Shown here in pieces: positions 20,204 through 33,057 of a DNA stretch of 64,000 nt; position 1 is the stretch's first letter; each line of letters begins with the position of its first letter. The notes under the pieces are model-generated. The model searched no databases. It was not told where the DNA came from and worked only from the letters and a program-made list of their open reading frames with translations. This DNA comes from Bordetella parapertussis. GTDB lineage: Bacteria > Pseudomonadota > Gammaproteobacteria > Burkholderiales > SG8-39. A program made the translations under genes and the position numbers. The stretch covers positions 7,540 through 71,539 of the forward strand of contig CAMAWC010000007.1 of the NCBI GenBank assembly GCA_945861875.1, read 5' to 3'.

Positions 20204-20276
20204 TCCGAGCGTAGCGAGGAATCTGCTATTGACGCAAACTGCAAGCAGATTCCTCGGCCTGCGGCCTCGGAATGAC
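20199..20276. repeat. Repeat family B long hairpin, inside the ABC operon (between the ATPase and permease genes)
   Basis: GTCATTCCGAGCGTAGCGAGGAATCTGC-(loop)-GCAGATTCCTCGGCCTGCGGCCTCGGAATGAC. Outer stem GTCATTCCGAG/CTCGGAATGAC, inner stem GAGGAATCTGC/GCAGATTCCTC. Other copies near 25431 and 35083. Confidence 0.85.
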
Positions 20277-20296
20277 ATGCCTCGTTGAAAAGTGTT

Positions 20297-21862
<1,566 letters not shown>

Positions 21863-21914
21863 CCCGGGCGGCGGTATCAGTGCAAACCAAATTTCGCGAC
21901 GTATGCCGGACCTA

Positions 21915-21948
21915 AAACAAAAAAACCGGGATATCCCCGGTTTTTATT
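21915..21948 (-). terminator. Bidirectional rho-independent terminator
   Basis: A-run, ACCGGG-ATATC-CCCGGT, then TTTTTATT. It sits directly downstream (minus strand) of the small coiled-coil ORF and ends the isc-side transcript before the ABC operon. Confidence 0.75.
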
Positions 21949-21961
21949 GTGTGGCGGCGCA

Positions 21962-22216
21962 TTAGACGCTGGATAGCTCCAAGCGCTTCTCGACACGATC
22001 TATTCGCCCATCCAACCGGTCAAGCCGCGTCTGTATCGCCGCGGTATCCTCATGCAAGCCCGCATTGCTGCGCTCGATTGAGTTGATGCGCTGCTTCATG
22101 GCGGCAAACTCTTCCTTTGTCTCTTCCCGGAATTCTTTGACGTCGTTGCGAATTGCGCGCAGGTGTTCGAGGATCAGGTTTTCAACATTCTCTGTCATGG
22201 TCTGCCTCCGATTCAC
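21962..22216 (-). CDS. Small coiled-coil protein, function unknown
   Basis: 84 aa. Clear heptad pattern (NLILEHLRAIRNDVKEFREETKEEFAAMKQRINSIE...LDRLDGRIDRVEKRLE) and a terminator directly after the stop. I recognise no family. Confidence 0.45.
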   Translation of the reverse strand: MNRRQTMTENVENLILEHLRAIRNDVKEFREETKEEFAAMKQRINSIERSNAGLHEDTAAIQTRLDRLDGRIDRVEKRLELSSV

Positions 22217-22265
22217 GGATTATAGGACAAATTTAGCTGCGCAATAGCCGTAGGGGCAGACTAAA

Positions 22266-22338
22266 GTCACTGGATTCCCGCTTGGCCGTTCCTCGAAACT
22301 TCGCCTCGCTTTGCGAGTCTCGTTTTCGCGGGAATGAC
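22266..22338. repeat. Family A right-arm hairpin with expanded loop
   Basis: GTCACTGGATTCCCGC-TTGGCCGTTCCTCGAAACTTCGCCTCGCTTTGCGAGTCTCGTTT-TCGCGGGAATGAC. The same loop insert is seen near 61120-61170. Confidence 0.8.
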
Positions 22339-22385
22339 AGAATTCACAAGATGGCTGGAAACCCTTGCCAGACGGGCGTTTTCAG

Positions 22386-22580
22386 CTATTCGACTTCGGA
22401 AATCCATGCCATCTGTATGGCCTCAAGGATTTTTTCCCCGGACTTGTCCGGCGCGTCGTCGAACTCCTCGAGTTCCATCACCCACTTGTGCAAGTCGGTG
22501 AAGCGCAGTTTGAGCGGGTCGATGTCGGGATGTTTTTCCGCCAGTTGAATGGCGATTTCCAGGGTGTCTGTCCACTTCAT
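22386..22580 (-). CDS. iscX: Fe-S cluster assembly protein IscX
   Basis: The track ORF runs 22386..22601. Start MKWTDTLEIAIQLAEKHPDIDP (22580) matches the IscX/YfhJ N-terminus and abuts the fdx stop. Confidence 0.85.
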   Translation of the reverse strand: MKWTDTLEIAIQLAEKHPDIDPLKLRFTDLHKWVMELEEFDDAPDKSGEKILEAIQMAWISEVE

Positions 22581-22581
22581 G

Positions 22582-22920
22582 CTAATGCTCCTCCTTGGCA
22601 TGATTGATGGTGTAGCGCGGGATTTCCAGGGTCAGGTCCTTGTCAGTGACCAGGGCCTGGCAGGACAGGCGTGACTGCGGTTCCAGGCCCCAGGCCTTGT
22701 CGAGCAGGTCGTCCTCCTCTTCCTCCGAGGGCGCCAGCGCGTCAAACCCCTCGCGCACGATGACGTGGCAGGTGGTGCAGGCGCAGGATTTTTCGCAGGC
22801 GTGCTCGATTTCGATGTCGTGGGCCAGCAGGTTGTCGCAAATCGACATACCAGCCTTCGCCTCAAAGACGGCCCCCTCGGGGCAAAGGTCTTTATTCGGC
22901 AGGACGATGATTTGCGGCAT
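22582..22920 (-). CDS. fdx: ISC-system [2Fe-2S] ferredoxin
   Basis: 112 aa. MPQIIVLP..., and the cysteine pattern CEKSCACTTCHV...C. Confidence 0.95.
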   Translation of the reverse strand: MPQIIVLPNKDLCPEGAVFEAKAGMSICDNLLAHDIEIEHACEKSCACTTCHVIVREGFDALAPSEEEEDDLLDKAWGLEPQSRLSCQALVTDKDLTLEIPRYTINHAKEEH

Positions 22921-22922
22921 GG

Positions 22923-24793
<1,871 letters not shown>

Positions 24794-24794
<1 letters not shown>

Positions 24795-25327
24795 CAGTCG
24801 TCCAGTTCGGTTATGGCGTAGTGGATTTCCTCGCCCAGTTTGTCGAGGAACATCAGCTTGCGAAACGTGCCCGCCGCCGCGGGGTAGTCGTGCTGCGCAT
24901 CGAGCTGGCCTTCGGCCACAGCGTACAAGGCCTGCATCTGGGTATGCAGCTTCGTTTCCAGTCCGGCCAGCGCCGCCGCATCATGCCCCTCATTGGCCTC
25001 TTCCAGCGACTCGCGCCATTCCATCTGCTCGACTAAAAAATCGTGCGGCATGCTGGTGTTGGTCTCGATCGCCGGGTCTATGCCGTGCAGCGACAACAGG
25101 TAGCCGGCGCGCTTGAGCGGCTTTTTCAGCGTCTGGTAGGCCTCGTTCACGTGCATCGCCCACTGCATCGACAAGCGCCGCTCGTTTTCCGGCGCATGGG
25201 TGAAGCGGTCCGGATGGACTTCGGCGGCGAGTTTCCGATAGGCGCGATCGAGTTCCTCAAGGGGCAGCCGAAAGCCCTCGGGCAGGCCGAACAGGGTGAA
25301 GTGATTCTGCTTGATGTCGAGGTTCAT
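24794..25327 (-). CDS. hscB: Fe-S protein assembly co-chaperone HscB
   Basis: 177 aa. J-domain with HPD (EVHPDRF). Confidence 0.95.
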
Positions 25328-25430
25328 GTAATAAGCAAAAAGGGGCCGGAGGCCCCCTTCTTCCCGCGATCACTCCCGCCCGTGCGGGGGTGAGGGCAGA
25401 CTCAAGGGTATTTTGAAAAATCCGAATTCT

Positions 25431-25509
25431 GTCATTCCGAGTGAAGCGAGGAATCTGCTTTTCATCGGGGGCAAGAAGCAGATTCCTCGGCCTGCGGCCT
25501 CGGAATGAC
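25431..25509. repeat. Repeat family B long hairpin inserted inside the isc operon (iscA-hscB spacer)
   Basis: GTCATTCCGAGTGAAGCGAGGAATCTGC-TTTTCATCGGGGGCAAGAA-GCAGATTCCTCGGCCTGCGGCCTCGGAATGAC. Confidence 0.85.
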
Positions 25510-25531
25510 AATTCTTAGAGCTTCCCTTAAA

Positions 25532-25855
25532 TCATACGTTAAAAGACTCACCGCAACCGCAGGCGTCCTTGACGTTGGGATTGTTGAACTTGAAGCCCTC
25601 GTTGAGCCCCTCGCGCGCAAAATCGAGCTCGGTGCCGTCGATGTAAGGCAGGCTTTTCGGATCGACCACGACCTTGACGCCGAAGCTCTCGAACGCCAGG
25701 TCTTCCGGATTGATGGCGTCGGCGTATTCGAGCTTGTAGGCAAGGCCCGAGCAGCCGGTGGTGCGCACACCCAGGCGCAGCGCAATGCCCTTGCCCCGTT
25801 TGGCAAGGAAATTCGAGACGTGGGTGGCGGCTTTTTCAGTCAGCGTGATGGCCAT
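25532..25855 (-). CDS. iscA: Iron-sulfur cluster carrier IscA
   Basis: 107 aa. TTGCSG ... C-terminal CGCGESF. Confidence 0.95.
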   Translation of the reverse strand: MAITLTEKAATHVSNFLAKRGKGIALRLGVRTTGCSGLAYKLEYADAINPEDLAFESFGVKVVVDPKSLPYIDGTELDFAREGLNEGFKFNNPNVKDACGCGESFNV

Positions 25856-25873
25856 TGGTGCTTTCCGTGCGTG

Positions 25874-26281
25874 TCAGGCGGCTTTTTGCGCAGCCGCTTT
25901 GATGCCGTGCTTGGCGCGGTAGTCCTCGACCGCCGCCTTGATGGCGTCCTCGGCGAGGATGGAGCAGTGGATTTTTACCGGCGGCAGCGCCAGTTCCTCG
26001 GCGATCTGCGTGTTCTTGATGGTCGCGGCCTCGTCGATCGACTTGCCCTTGACCCACTCGGTCACCAGCGACGAGGAGGCGATGGCCGAACCGCAGCCGT
26101 AAGTCTTGAAACGCGCGTCCTCGATGATGCCCTGGTCGTTGACCTTGATCTGCAGCTTCATCACGTCGCCGCAGGCCGGCGCGCCGACCATGCCGGTGCC
26201 GACGTGCTCGTCGTTCTTGTCGAACGAACCGACGTTGCGCGGGTTTTCATAATGATCGAGTACTTTGTCGCTGTAAGCCAT
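25874..26281 (-). CDS. iscU: Fe-S cluster scaffold IscU
   Basis: 135 aa. GAPACGDVM, KTYGCGSAIASSS, LPPVKIHCS. Confidence 0.97.
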   Translation of the reverse strand: MAYSDKVLDHYENPRNVGSFDKNDEHVGTGMVGAPACGDVMKLQIKVNDQGIIEDARFKTYGCGSAIASSSLVTEWVKGKSIDEAATIKNTQIAEELALPPVKIHCSILAEDAIKAAVEDYRAKHGIKAAAQKAA

Positions 26282-26306
26282 GTTGTTTCTCCAGGTTCGC
26301 TTGTTG

Positions 26307-26426
26307 TTAGTGTGCCGCCCACTGCACCGAATTGAGGTCGACGCCGTCCTTGTCGTTGAGGAACAAGGGGGCGATGCCCCCTTGTATATCCCCCGAGTCA
26401 GATTTGGGAATTTCTCGCAATTCCAT
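26307..26426 (-). other. 39-codon ORF, a diverged duplicate of the iscS 3' end, containing a 10-bp-stem hairpin
   Basis: Manual translation gives [39 protein letters not shown]. The ATG shares one nucleotide with the iscS TGA (CACTGATGG). The last 12 residues ([12 protein letters not shown]) are identical to the IscS C-terminus, and 13 of the last 14 match (KDGV versus KEGV). The hairpin ACAAGGGGGC-GAT-GCCCCCTTGT lies near 26358-26380. Whether it is translated is unknown. Confidence 0.35.
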
Positions 26427-27634
26427 CAGTGTGCCGCCCACTGGACTGAATTCAGGTCGACGCCTTCCTTGAACATCTCCCACAGCGGCGACAATTCGCG
26501 CAGTTTGCCGATCTTGTTGCGCAGCAGTTCTATGGTGTAGTCGATCTCTTCCTCGGTGGTGAAACGCCCGATGGTAAAGCGGATGGAGCTGTGCGCCAGC
26601 TCGTCCGAGCGCCCCAGGGCGCGCAGCACGTAAGAGGGTTCCAGGCTGGCCGAGGTGCAGGCCGAGCCGGAGGAAACCGCCACGTCCTTGATCGCCATGA
26701 TCAGCGACTCGCCCTCGACAAAATTAAAGCTGATGTTGAGGTTGTGCGGGATGCGCTGTTCCATGTCGCCGTTGATATAGACCTCTTCCATGTCGGCGAA
26801 GCCGTCCTTGAGCCGGTCACGCAGGCGGCGGATGCGCTCGTTCTCTGCGCCCATCTCGGCCTTGGCGATGCGGAAGGCCTCGCCCATGCCGACGATCTGG
26901 TGCGTCGGCAGCGTGCCCGAGCGCAGGCCGCGCTCGTGTCCACCGCCGTGGATTTGCGCCTCGATGCGCACGCGCGGCTTGCGCCGCACATACAGCGCGC
27001 CTATGCCCTTGGGGCCGTAGACCTTGTGCGCGGTCACGGTCATCAGGTCGACCTTGAGTTTTTGCGTGTCGATGACGATCTTGCCGGCCGCCTGCACGGC
27101 GTCGCAATGGAAAATGATGCCTTTTTCGCGGCAGATCTCGCCGATCTCTTCGACCGGCTGGATGACGCCGATTTCGTTGTTGACCATCATCACCGAAACG
27201 ACAATGGTGTCCGGGCGGATCGCCGCCTTGAATTTTGCGAGGTCCAGCAGGCCGTTGGGCTCCGGTTGCAGGTAGGTCGCCTCATAGCCCTCGCGCTCGA
27301 GTTCACGCACCGTGTCGAGCGTCGCCTTGTGCTCGGTCTTGACGGTGATGATGTGCTTGCCCTTGCCCTTGTAAAAATGCGCCGCGCCCTTGATGGCGAG
27401 GTTGTTGCCTTCGGTGGCGCCCGAGGTCCAGATGATTTCCTTGGGATCGGCGTTGAGCAGTGCCGCGACATCCTCGCGCGCCTCCTCCACCGCATGCTCG
27501 GCGGTCCAGCCGTAGGAATGCGAGCGGCTGGCCGGGTTGCCGAAGTTCTCGGTAAGGAAGGGAATCATTTTCGCCGCGACACGCGGATCGACCGGCGTGG
27601 TCGCCGAATAATCGAGGTAAATGGGAAACTTCAA
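26426..27634 (-). CDS. iscS: Cysteine desulfurase IscS
   Basis: 402 aa. PLP lysine in [12 protein letters not shown], active-site loop SSGSACTS, C-terminal VQWAAH. Confidence 0.97.
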   Translation of the reverse strand: MKFPIYLDYSATTPVDPRVAAKMIPFLTENFGNPASRSHSYGWTAEHAVEEAREDVAALLNADPKEIIWTSGATEGNNLAIKGAAHFYKGKGKHIITVKTEHKATLDTVRELEREGYEATYLQPEPNGLLDLAKFKAAIRPDTIVVSVMMVNNEIGVIQPVEEIGEICREKGIIFHCDAVQAAGKIVIDTQKLKVDLMTVTAHKVYGPKGIGALYVRRKPRVRIEAQIHGGGHERGLRSGTLPTHQIVGMGEAFRIAKAEMGAENERIRRLRDRLKDGFADMEEVYINGDMEQRIPHNLNISFNFVEGESLIMAIKDVAVSSGSACTSASLEPSYVLRALGRSDELAHSSIRFTIGRFTTEEEIDYTIELLRNKIGKLRELSPLWEMFKEGVDLNSVQWAAH

Positions 27635-27694
27635 CTCAGAACTCCTGTTTCATCTGATCGGGTGTGATGGCGTCCGGGAACCGCATTGGCAAAA

Positions 27695-28177
27695 TCAGGC
27701 CGGCACGACGGCCGGGCGGGCGCGCCTGTCCTGCAGCACGGTGATTTTCGGGTCGGCGGCGCGGCCCAGCGCTTTTTGCTCGGCCACCAGGTCGGACAGC
27801 TTCACCGAACTGAGGTATTCGTACATCTTGGTGTTGAGACGCGACCACAGTTCGTGGGTCATGCAGCGCGTCTCGCCTTCCTGGCAGTTTTCCTTACCGC
27901 CGCACTGTGTCGCGTCCAGCGGTTCGTCGACGGCGCGGATGATGTCGGCGACCGATAGCTCCTCGGGCGTGCGGGCGAGGCAATAGCCGCCGCCGGGACC
28001 GCGCACACTCTCGACCAGGGTGTGCCGGCGCAGTTTGCCGAACAGCTGCTCAAGATAAGACAGTGAAATGCTCTGGCGCTTGCTGATACCGGACAAGGTG
28101 ATCGGCGCCCCGCGGTCATTGAGGGCGAGATCGAGCATCGCGGTTACGGCAAAACGTCCTTTGGTGGTGAGGCGCAT
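27695..28177 (-). CDS. iscR: Fe-S cluster assembly transcriptional regulator IscR (Rrf2 family)
   Basis: 160 aa. MRLTTKGRFAVTAMLDLAL, and cluster ligand cysteines (C..GKENC......C). Confidence 0.95.
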   Translation of the reverse strand: MRLTTKGRFAVTAMLDLALNDRGAPITLSGISKRQSISLSYLEQLFGKLRRHTLVESVRGPGGGYCLARTPEELSVADIIRAVDEPLDATQCGGKENCQEGETRCMTHELWSRLNTKMYEYLSSVKLSDLVAEQKALGRAADPKITVLQDRRARPAVVPA

Positions 28178-28191
28178 CTGGTGACCTTTTT

Positions 28192-28246
28192 AATCCCGAC
28201 TAGATTTGTCGACTATACCTAATCCCGACTGTTGCAGTCAACTACT
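28192..28246 (-). promoter_or_regulatory. Two tandem type-1 IscR boxes in the iscR promoter region
   Basis: Read on the minus strand, the boxes are TATAGTCGACAAATCTAGTCGGGATT and AGTAGTTGACTGCAACAGTCGGGATT. Both fit my recollection of the E. coli type-1 consensus ATASYYGACTRWWWYAGTCRRSTAT. They fill the 77-bp spacer between the cysE stop and the iscR start. Confidence 0.65.
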
Positions 28247-28254
28247 ACTTGGGA

Positions 28255-29019
28255 TTATTTGTCGACCACCTTGCGCAGGGGCGCCGGGTCAAAACGCTCG
28301 ACCACGGCGCGATCCTCGGCCTGAAGGTTTAGACCGCGCAAGGCCTCCAGTTCAATGCGGATGACTTCGAGTTTCCGGTCTATATCAAGCGAGTGATCAA
28401 GCAGGCCCTCGAGGGCCTTGGACATCGGGTCGTCCTCGGTGCGCGCGGTTACGGCATAGGCCGAGAATCCGAGTTTGGCGGCCTTTTCCTCGCGCGACTT
28501 GTCCGCCTCGTCAAGGATGATGCGCGCCGGGATGCCCACCGCAGTTGCCGCCGCCGGCACATCCCTCACCACCACCGCATTGGAGCCGATTTTCGCGCCG
28601 TCACCCACCAGGATGGGGCCCAGCACCTTGGCACCGGCGCCTATCACCACACCCTTGCCCAGCGTGGGATGGCGTTTGCCCTTGTTCCAGGACGTCCCCC
28701 CCAGGGTAACACCATGATAAAGAGTGCAATCTTCACCAATTACGGCGGTTTCACCGATCACCACGCCCATGCCGTGGTCGATGAACACCCGTCGCCCTAT
28801 GGTCGCGCCCGGGTGGATTTCGATGCCGGTCAGCCAGCGTCCCATATGCGAGCAAAAGCGCGCCGGCAGGCGCAGGCCGGCGCCCCACAGCCAATGCGAA
28901 AAACGATGCAGCTGCAAGGCATGAAAGCCCGGGTAGCAGGTCAAGACCTCCAGCACCGAGCGGGCAGCCGGATCGCGCTCAAAGACCGAGGCGATATCTT
29001 CGCGGATTCTTGAAAACAT
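28255..29019 (-). CDS. cysE: Serine O-acetyltransferase
   Basis: 254 aa. N-terminal SATase helical domain and hexapeptide repeats ([33 protein letters not shown]). Confidence 0.93.
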   Translation of the reverse strand: MFSRIREDIASVFERDPAARSVLEVLTCYPGFHALQLHRFSHWLWGAGLRLPARFCSHMGRWLTGIEIHPGATIGRRVFIDHGMGVVIGETAVIGEDCTLYHGVTLGGTSWNKGKRHPTLGKGVVIGAGAKVLGPILVGDGAKIGSNAVVVRDVPAAATAVGIPARIILDEADKSREEKAAKLGFSAYAVTARTEDDPMSKALEGLLDHSLDIDRKLEVIRIELEALRGLNLQAEDRAVVERFDPAPLRKVVDK

Positions 29020-29118
29020 ATATATTTCAGTTAATTATATTAATTAGTTAATGTACTTTATAGTATCAAAATGAGGCATTTTCCGCTCTACCGCTCTACC
29101 GCTCCACCTATGCCAGCC

Positions 29119-29213
29119 GTCATTGCGAGCGCAGCGAAGCAATCTCATCGTACTAGTGACTGCCGTCGCAATGCCACCAGATTGCCGCGTCGGCTTCGCC
29201 TCCTCGCAATGAC
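29119..29213. repeat. Repeat family C long hairpin
   Basis: GTCATTGCGAGCGCAGCGAAGCAATCT-(loop)-AGATTGCCGCGTCGGCTTCGCCTCCTCGCAATGAC. Same architecture as family B with a different stem sequence. Confidence 0.85.
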
Positions 29214-29257
29214 AAAAAACGCTGCGCCGACAATGATGGTACAAATTTCCGAGTGAT

Positions 29258-30007
29258 TTAGTCAACTTTATCCGCCCGCTTGCCAACCCGCCGTTCAGCC
29301 ATGCGCTTATCCCATTCGGTCAGGATGCCGCGCAGGATGTTGACCTCTTCCTTTTCCAGCCGCGCCCGGCCAAACAGCCGGCGCATGCGCTCCATCAGCT
29401 TTTTCGGGAAAGCCGGGTCAAGAAAACCGCTGTCTATGAGGTTGCGTTGCAAATGCTCGTAAAAACGCTCGATATCGCCAAGCTGCGCCGGCTCCTGCAG
29501 CGGCGGCACGCCGACCACACCGCCAAGCAGGCCCATGCGCAGCTCGTAGGCCATCAACTGCACCGCCGCCGCGAGATTGAGCGATGAATAGCCCTTTACC
29601 GCCGGAATCATCGCCGCGAGCTGGCATTTGAGCACCTCGTCGTTCGACAGCCCCGACATTTCGGTGCCAAACACCAGCGCCACCTCGCTGGCGCCCGCTT
29701 CTGCCAGTACATGCGCCGCCGCAACCCGAATATTCACCGGCTCGTAGGCCAGCTCGCGTACGCGCGCCGTCATCGCCACGGCAAAACGCGTGTCATTCAA
29801 CGCCTCGTCAAGACTGGCACAGACGCGCGCAGCGGCCAGCACATCGTCGGCGCCGCTGGCCATCGCGGTGGCCTGGGCATCGGGAAAATAACGCGGCTCG
29901 ACCAGCACCAGGCGGGCCAGGCCCATGGTCTTCATGGCGCGCGCCGTCGCGCCGATATTGCCCGGGTGCGTGGTGCGCACCAGCACGACGCTCACCTTTT
30001 GCAACAA
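29258..30007 (-). CDS. trmJ: tRNA (cytidine/uridine-2'-O)-methyltransferase TrmJ (SpoU/TrmH family)
   Basis: Track ORF 29258..30052 begins with a TTG. An in-frame TTG at 30007 gives [30 protein letters not shown], which aligns with E. coli Trm[31 protein letters not shown]. The stop is certain; the start is inferred. Confidence 0.85.
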   Translation of the reverse strand: MLQKVSVVLVRTTHPGNIGATARAMKTMGLARLVLVEPRYFPDAQATAMASGADDVLAAARVCASLDEALNDTRFAVAMTARVRELAYEPVNIRVAAAHVLAEAGASEVALVFGTEMSGLSNDEVLKCQLAAMIPAVKGYSSLNLAAAVQLMAYELRMGLLGGVVGVPPLQEPAQLGDIERFYEHLQRNLIDSGFLDPAFPKKLMERMRRLFGRARLEKEEVNILRGILTEWDKRMAERRVGKRADKVD

Positions 30008-30143
30008 GTCGGCCGGATCAGCCAAGGGCGATGCCAAATACGCGCCGCACAATGCGGCGGCAAAACCGATATTGGAGGCCGGTTGGCACCCCCACCCTGC
30101 TAGAATCGAAGCTTCTCACCACGCGCACTCCCCGCTCTCAATC

Positions 30144-30932
30144 ATGCTACCCATGCTCACCATCGCCGTGAAAGCGGCCCGCCGCGCCGGCAACATCATC
30201 AACCGGGCTTCTCGCGACGTCGAAGGCCTCACCGTGGTGAAAAAACGCCATAACGATTTTGTCACCGAGGTGGACAAGGCGGCCGAGGAAGCGGTCATCA
30301 AGACCCTGCTCGAGGCGTATCCCAAGCACGCGATTCTAGCAGAGGAGTCGGGCGCATCCGGCGACTCCGAATACGTCTGGATCATCGATCCGCTGGACGG
30401 CACCACCAATTTCATCCACGGTTTCCCGCAGTATTCGATTTCCATCGCCCTTGCGCACAAAGGCGTGCTCACCCACGGCGTGGTCTACGACCCGACGCGC
30501 AATGAATTGTTCACCGCCAGCCGCGGCCACGGTGCGTATCTGAACGACCGGCGCATCCGCGTGTCCAAGCGCACGCAATTGAAGGACGGCCTGATCGGCA
30601 CCGGCTTCCCGTTTCGCGACCTCGCCCACCTCGACGAATACATGGAAATGCACAAAAGCGTGATCCAGAAATCGGCCGGCGTGCGCCGCGCCGGTTCGGC
30701 TGCGCTTGACCTCGCCTACGTCGCCGGCGGCCGCCTCGACGGCTTCTGGGAAATGGGCCTCGCTCCCTGGGACATGGCCGCAGGCGCCCTGCTCATCCTG
30801 GAGGCAGGCGGGTTGATCGCCGATTTCGAAGGCAACGAAGGCTATCTTGAGAGCGGGCGCGTGGTCTGCGGCAATCCGCGGATTTTCACGCAGTTGATGC
30901 AGGCCGTTGCGCCGAAAACGAGGAAAGGCTGA
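30144..30932 (+). CDS. suhB: Inositol monophosphatase family protein SuhB
   Basis: Track ORF 29925..30932 overlaps trmJ. The ATG at 30144 gives [17 protein letters not shown], matching E. coli SuhB MHPMLNIAVRAARKAGN. The motifs are [16 protein letters not shown] and WDMAAG. Confidence 0.92.
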   Translation: MLPMLTIAVKAARRAGNIINRASRDVEGLTVVKKRHNDFVTEVDKAAEEAVIKTLLEAYPKHAILAEESGASGDSEYVWIIDPLDGTTNFIHGFPQYSISIALAHKGVLTHGVVYDPTRNELFTASRGHGAYLNDRRIRVSKRTQLKDGLIGTGFPFRDLAHLDEYMEMHKSVIQKSAGVRRAGSAALDLAYVAGGRLDGFWEMGLAPWDMAAGALLILEAGGLIADFEGNEGYLESGRVVCGNPRIFTQLMQAVAPKTRKG

Positions 30933-31022
30933 GCCCTGTTCGCCGTACTGCGCAAACTGATCGGACTGCCGGCGCGCCACATTGCCCCGGCCAGTAAAGA
31001 AGCGCTCGCCACCGCCATCGCA

Positions 31023-33014
31023 TTGCACGAAATAGGACTGCTGGACCGGGCTGAGGAAGACTATCGCGCGCTGCTGTTTTCCGACCCGCGCTGCAGCGAG
31101 GCGATACACCTGCTCGGGCTGATCAGCCACCAGCGCGGCGAGCACGCCAAGGCCTTGCCGCAAATCGAGCGCGCCATCGCCATCGACCGGACGGTCGCGC
31201 TCTATCACTTCAACCGCGGCAATGTGCTGCTGGCGCTGGGGCGCACCGCCGAGGCCTGCAGCGCATTTGCCGAGGCCTTCCGGCTCAAGCCCGACTACCC
31301 GGCGGCGCGCTACAACCAGGCCAAGACGCTGGCGCAACTGCACCGCTACGCCGAAGCGGTGGACGCTTTTCGCGCCCTTCCGGCCGGCCTGCCCGGCCGC
31401 AACCACGACTATGCCAACGCCCTGCTCGGTGAAGCCGGCCTGCGCACCGGCAATGAAACGGTCTTGCTGGCCGAGGCCATCCGGCTGCTCGAAAAAAACT
31501 GGCAATCGTCGCCCGACCCGTTCGAAGCACGTGTCGCCCTTGCCTGGGCGCTGCAAGAACTGCGGCGCTGGAGCGAGGCAGCAGGCCATTACGCGGAAGC
31601 ACTGGCCCTCGACCAGGGCGCGCACTCATTGCGGCCCGAATCGGCCAAGGCGCACAACAACCTCGCCAACTGCTACAACCAGCTTGGCCGAACGGAAGAG
31701 GCCATCGCGCATTACCGCACCCTCTACCAGATCGCCCCCGACTACCCGGACGCACTGACCAGCGTGCTTGCCAATCTCAACTACGATGCAAAGGCGACGC
31801 CGCAACAGGTGTTTGACGAGCACCTCGCCTGGGCGCAGAAGGTGGCGACGCCGCTTTATCCGCAGGCAGTCGATTTTGCCAACACCCGGGACCCGGAGCG
31901 GCCGCTGCGCGTGGGCTTTATTTCTCCCGACCTGCGCCGCCATCCGGTGAGTTACATTTTTGCGCCCATCCTCGCCGCCTTTGACCGTCAGCAGATTGAG
32001 GCGGTCTGTTACTACAACTTTCCCGGCAAGGACCAGGTCACCGCGCGGCTGATGCCGCTGGCGGCGCAATGGCACGACGTCGCCGCCTTGTCCGACGAGG
32101 CGCTCTACGATTTGATACGCGCCGACGGCATAGACATCCTCGTAGACCTCGCCGGCCACACCATTCACAACCGCCTGCTGGTGTTTGCGCGGCGCGCCGC
32201 GCCGCTGCAGGTGAGCTGGCTGGGCTATTTCAATACCACCGGCCTTGCCACCATGGATTACTTCATTTCCGACTACGAGTCCTCGCCGCAGGGGCAGGAA
32301 AGCTATTACAGCGAAATACTGCTGCGCTTTCCCGACTCGCGCTTTTGCTACCAGCCCTCGGAGTTCATGCCGCCGGTCAATGAACTGCCGGCCGCCGGCA
32401 AGGGCTACATCACCTTCGGTTGCTTTAACAACCTGTCCAAGCTGAACGAGCGCGTGCTGCGTCTGTGGGGCCGGGTGCTGGCCGCGGTGCCCGATTCACG
32501 ACTGCTGTTGCAGGCATCGGCCCTTGACGATGCGCCCAACCGCGCGCGTTTTATGCAAATCGCCGAACGCGCCGGCCTGCCGCGCAACCGGCTGGAGCTG
32601 CGCGGCTTCATGCCGGTGGAAACGGCGCCGCAGGCCTATCACGACATCGACATCGCGCTCGACCCGTTTCCGTTTTGCGGCGGCATGACCAGCCTCGAAT
32701 CGCTGTGGATGGGTGTGCCGGTGGTGACCCTGGAACAGGAAATGATCGCCGGACGCCAGACCCTGTCCCTGCTCGCCAGCCTGGACCTGCCCGAACTGGT
32801 CGCCACGGACGAAGACAGCTACGTCGCCATCGCCGCCACCCTGGCGCGGGATACGGCACGCCTCGCCGCACTGCGCCACACCCTGCGGCCGCGTTTCGCC
32901 GCCTCGCCGCTGCAGGACTACGCAAAATTCGCCCGCACCATGGAAGAGGCTTTCCGCGCCATGTGGCAGGACTGGGTGGAGACGAGCGGCAGACAAGCCG
33001 AACCTGGACAGTGA
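31023..33014 (+). CDS. TPR-repeat protein with C-terminal GT41 (SPINDLY/O-GlcNAc transferase-like) glycosyltransferase domain
   Basis: 663 aa, TTG start in the track. The N-terminal half has TPR units (AIHLLGLISHQRGEHAKAL, ALYHFNRGNVLLALGR...). The C-terminal half is COG3914-like (LRVGFISPDLRRHPV, GHTIHNRL, ITFGCFNNLSKL, DIALDPFPFCGGMTSLESLWMGVPVVT). Confidence 0.8.
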   Translation: MHEIGLLDRAEEDYRALLFSDPRCSEAIHLLGLISHQRGEHAKALPQIERAIAIDRTVALYHFNRGNVLLALGRTAEACSAFAEAFRLKPDYPAARYNQAKTLAQLHRYAEAVDAFRALPAGLPGRNHDYANALLGEAGLRTGNETVLLAEAIRLLEKNWQSSPDPFEARVALAWALQELRRWSEAAGHYAEALALDQGAHSLRPESAKAHNNLANCYNQLGRTEEAIAHYRTLYQIAPDYPDALTSVLANLNYDAKATPQQVFDEHLAWAQKVATPLYPQAVDFANTRDPERPLRVGFISPDLRRHPVSYIFAPILAAFDRQQIEAVCYYNFPGKDQVTARLMPLAAQWHDVAALSDEALYDLIRADGIDILVDLAGHTIHNRLLVFARRAAPLQVSWLGYFNTTGLATMDYFISDYESSPQGQESYYSEILLRFPDSRFCYQPSEFMPPVNELPAAGKGYITFGCFNNLSKLNERVLRLWGRVLAAVPDSRLLLQASALDDAPNRARFMQIAERAGLPRNRLELRGFMPVETAPQAYHDIDIALDPFPFCGGMTSLESLWMGVPVVTLEQEMIAGRQTLSLLASLDLPELVATDEDSYVAIAATLARDTARLAALRHTLRPRFAASPLQDYAKFARTMEEAFRAMWQDWVETSGRQAEPGQ

Positions 33015-33057
33015 AGGCGCGGCCACGAGTCCCACCAAAACGAAGTAACGAAGTACC

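Noticed and set aside
22282-22607. ORFs 22282..22548 and 22365..22607 on the plus strand
   Set aside because: They lie antisense to iscX and to a repeat. iscX on the minus strand has a conserved sequence and operon position.
30080-30100. Sigma54-type promoter (TGGCAC...TGC) upstream of suhB
   Set aside because: The spacing between the GG and GC elements is 12 nt rather than 10, and there is no TTGC. suhB is not a typical sigma54 target.
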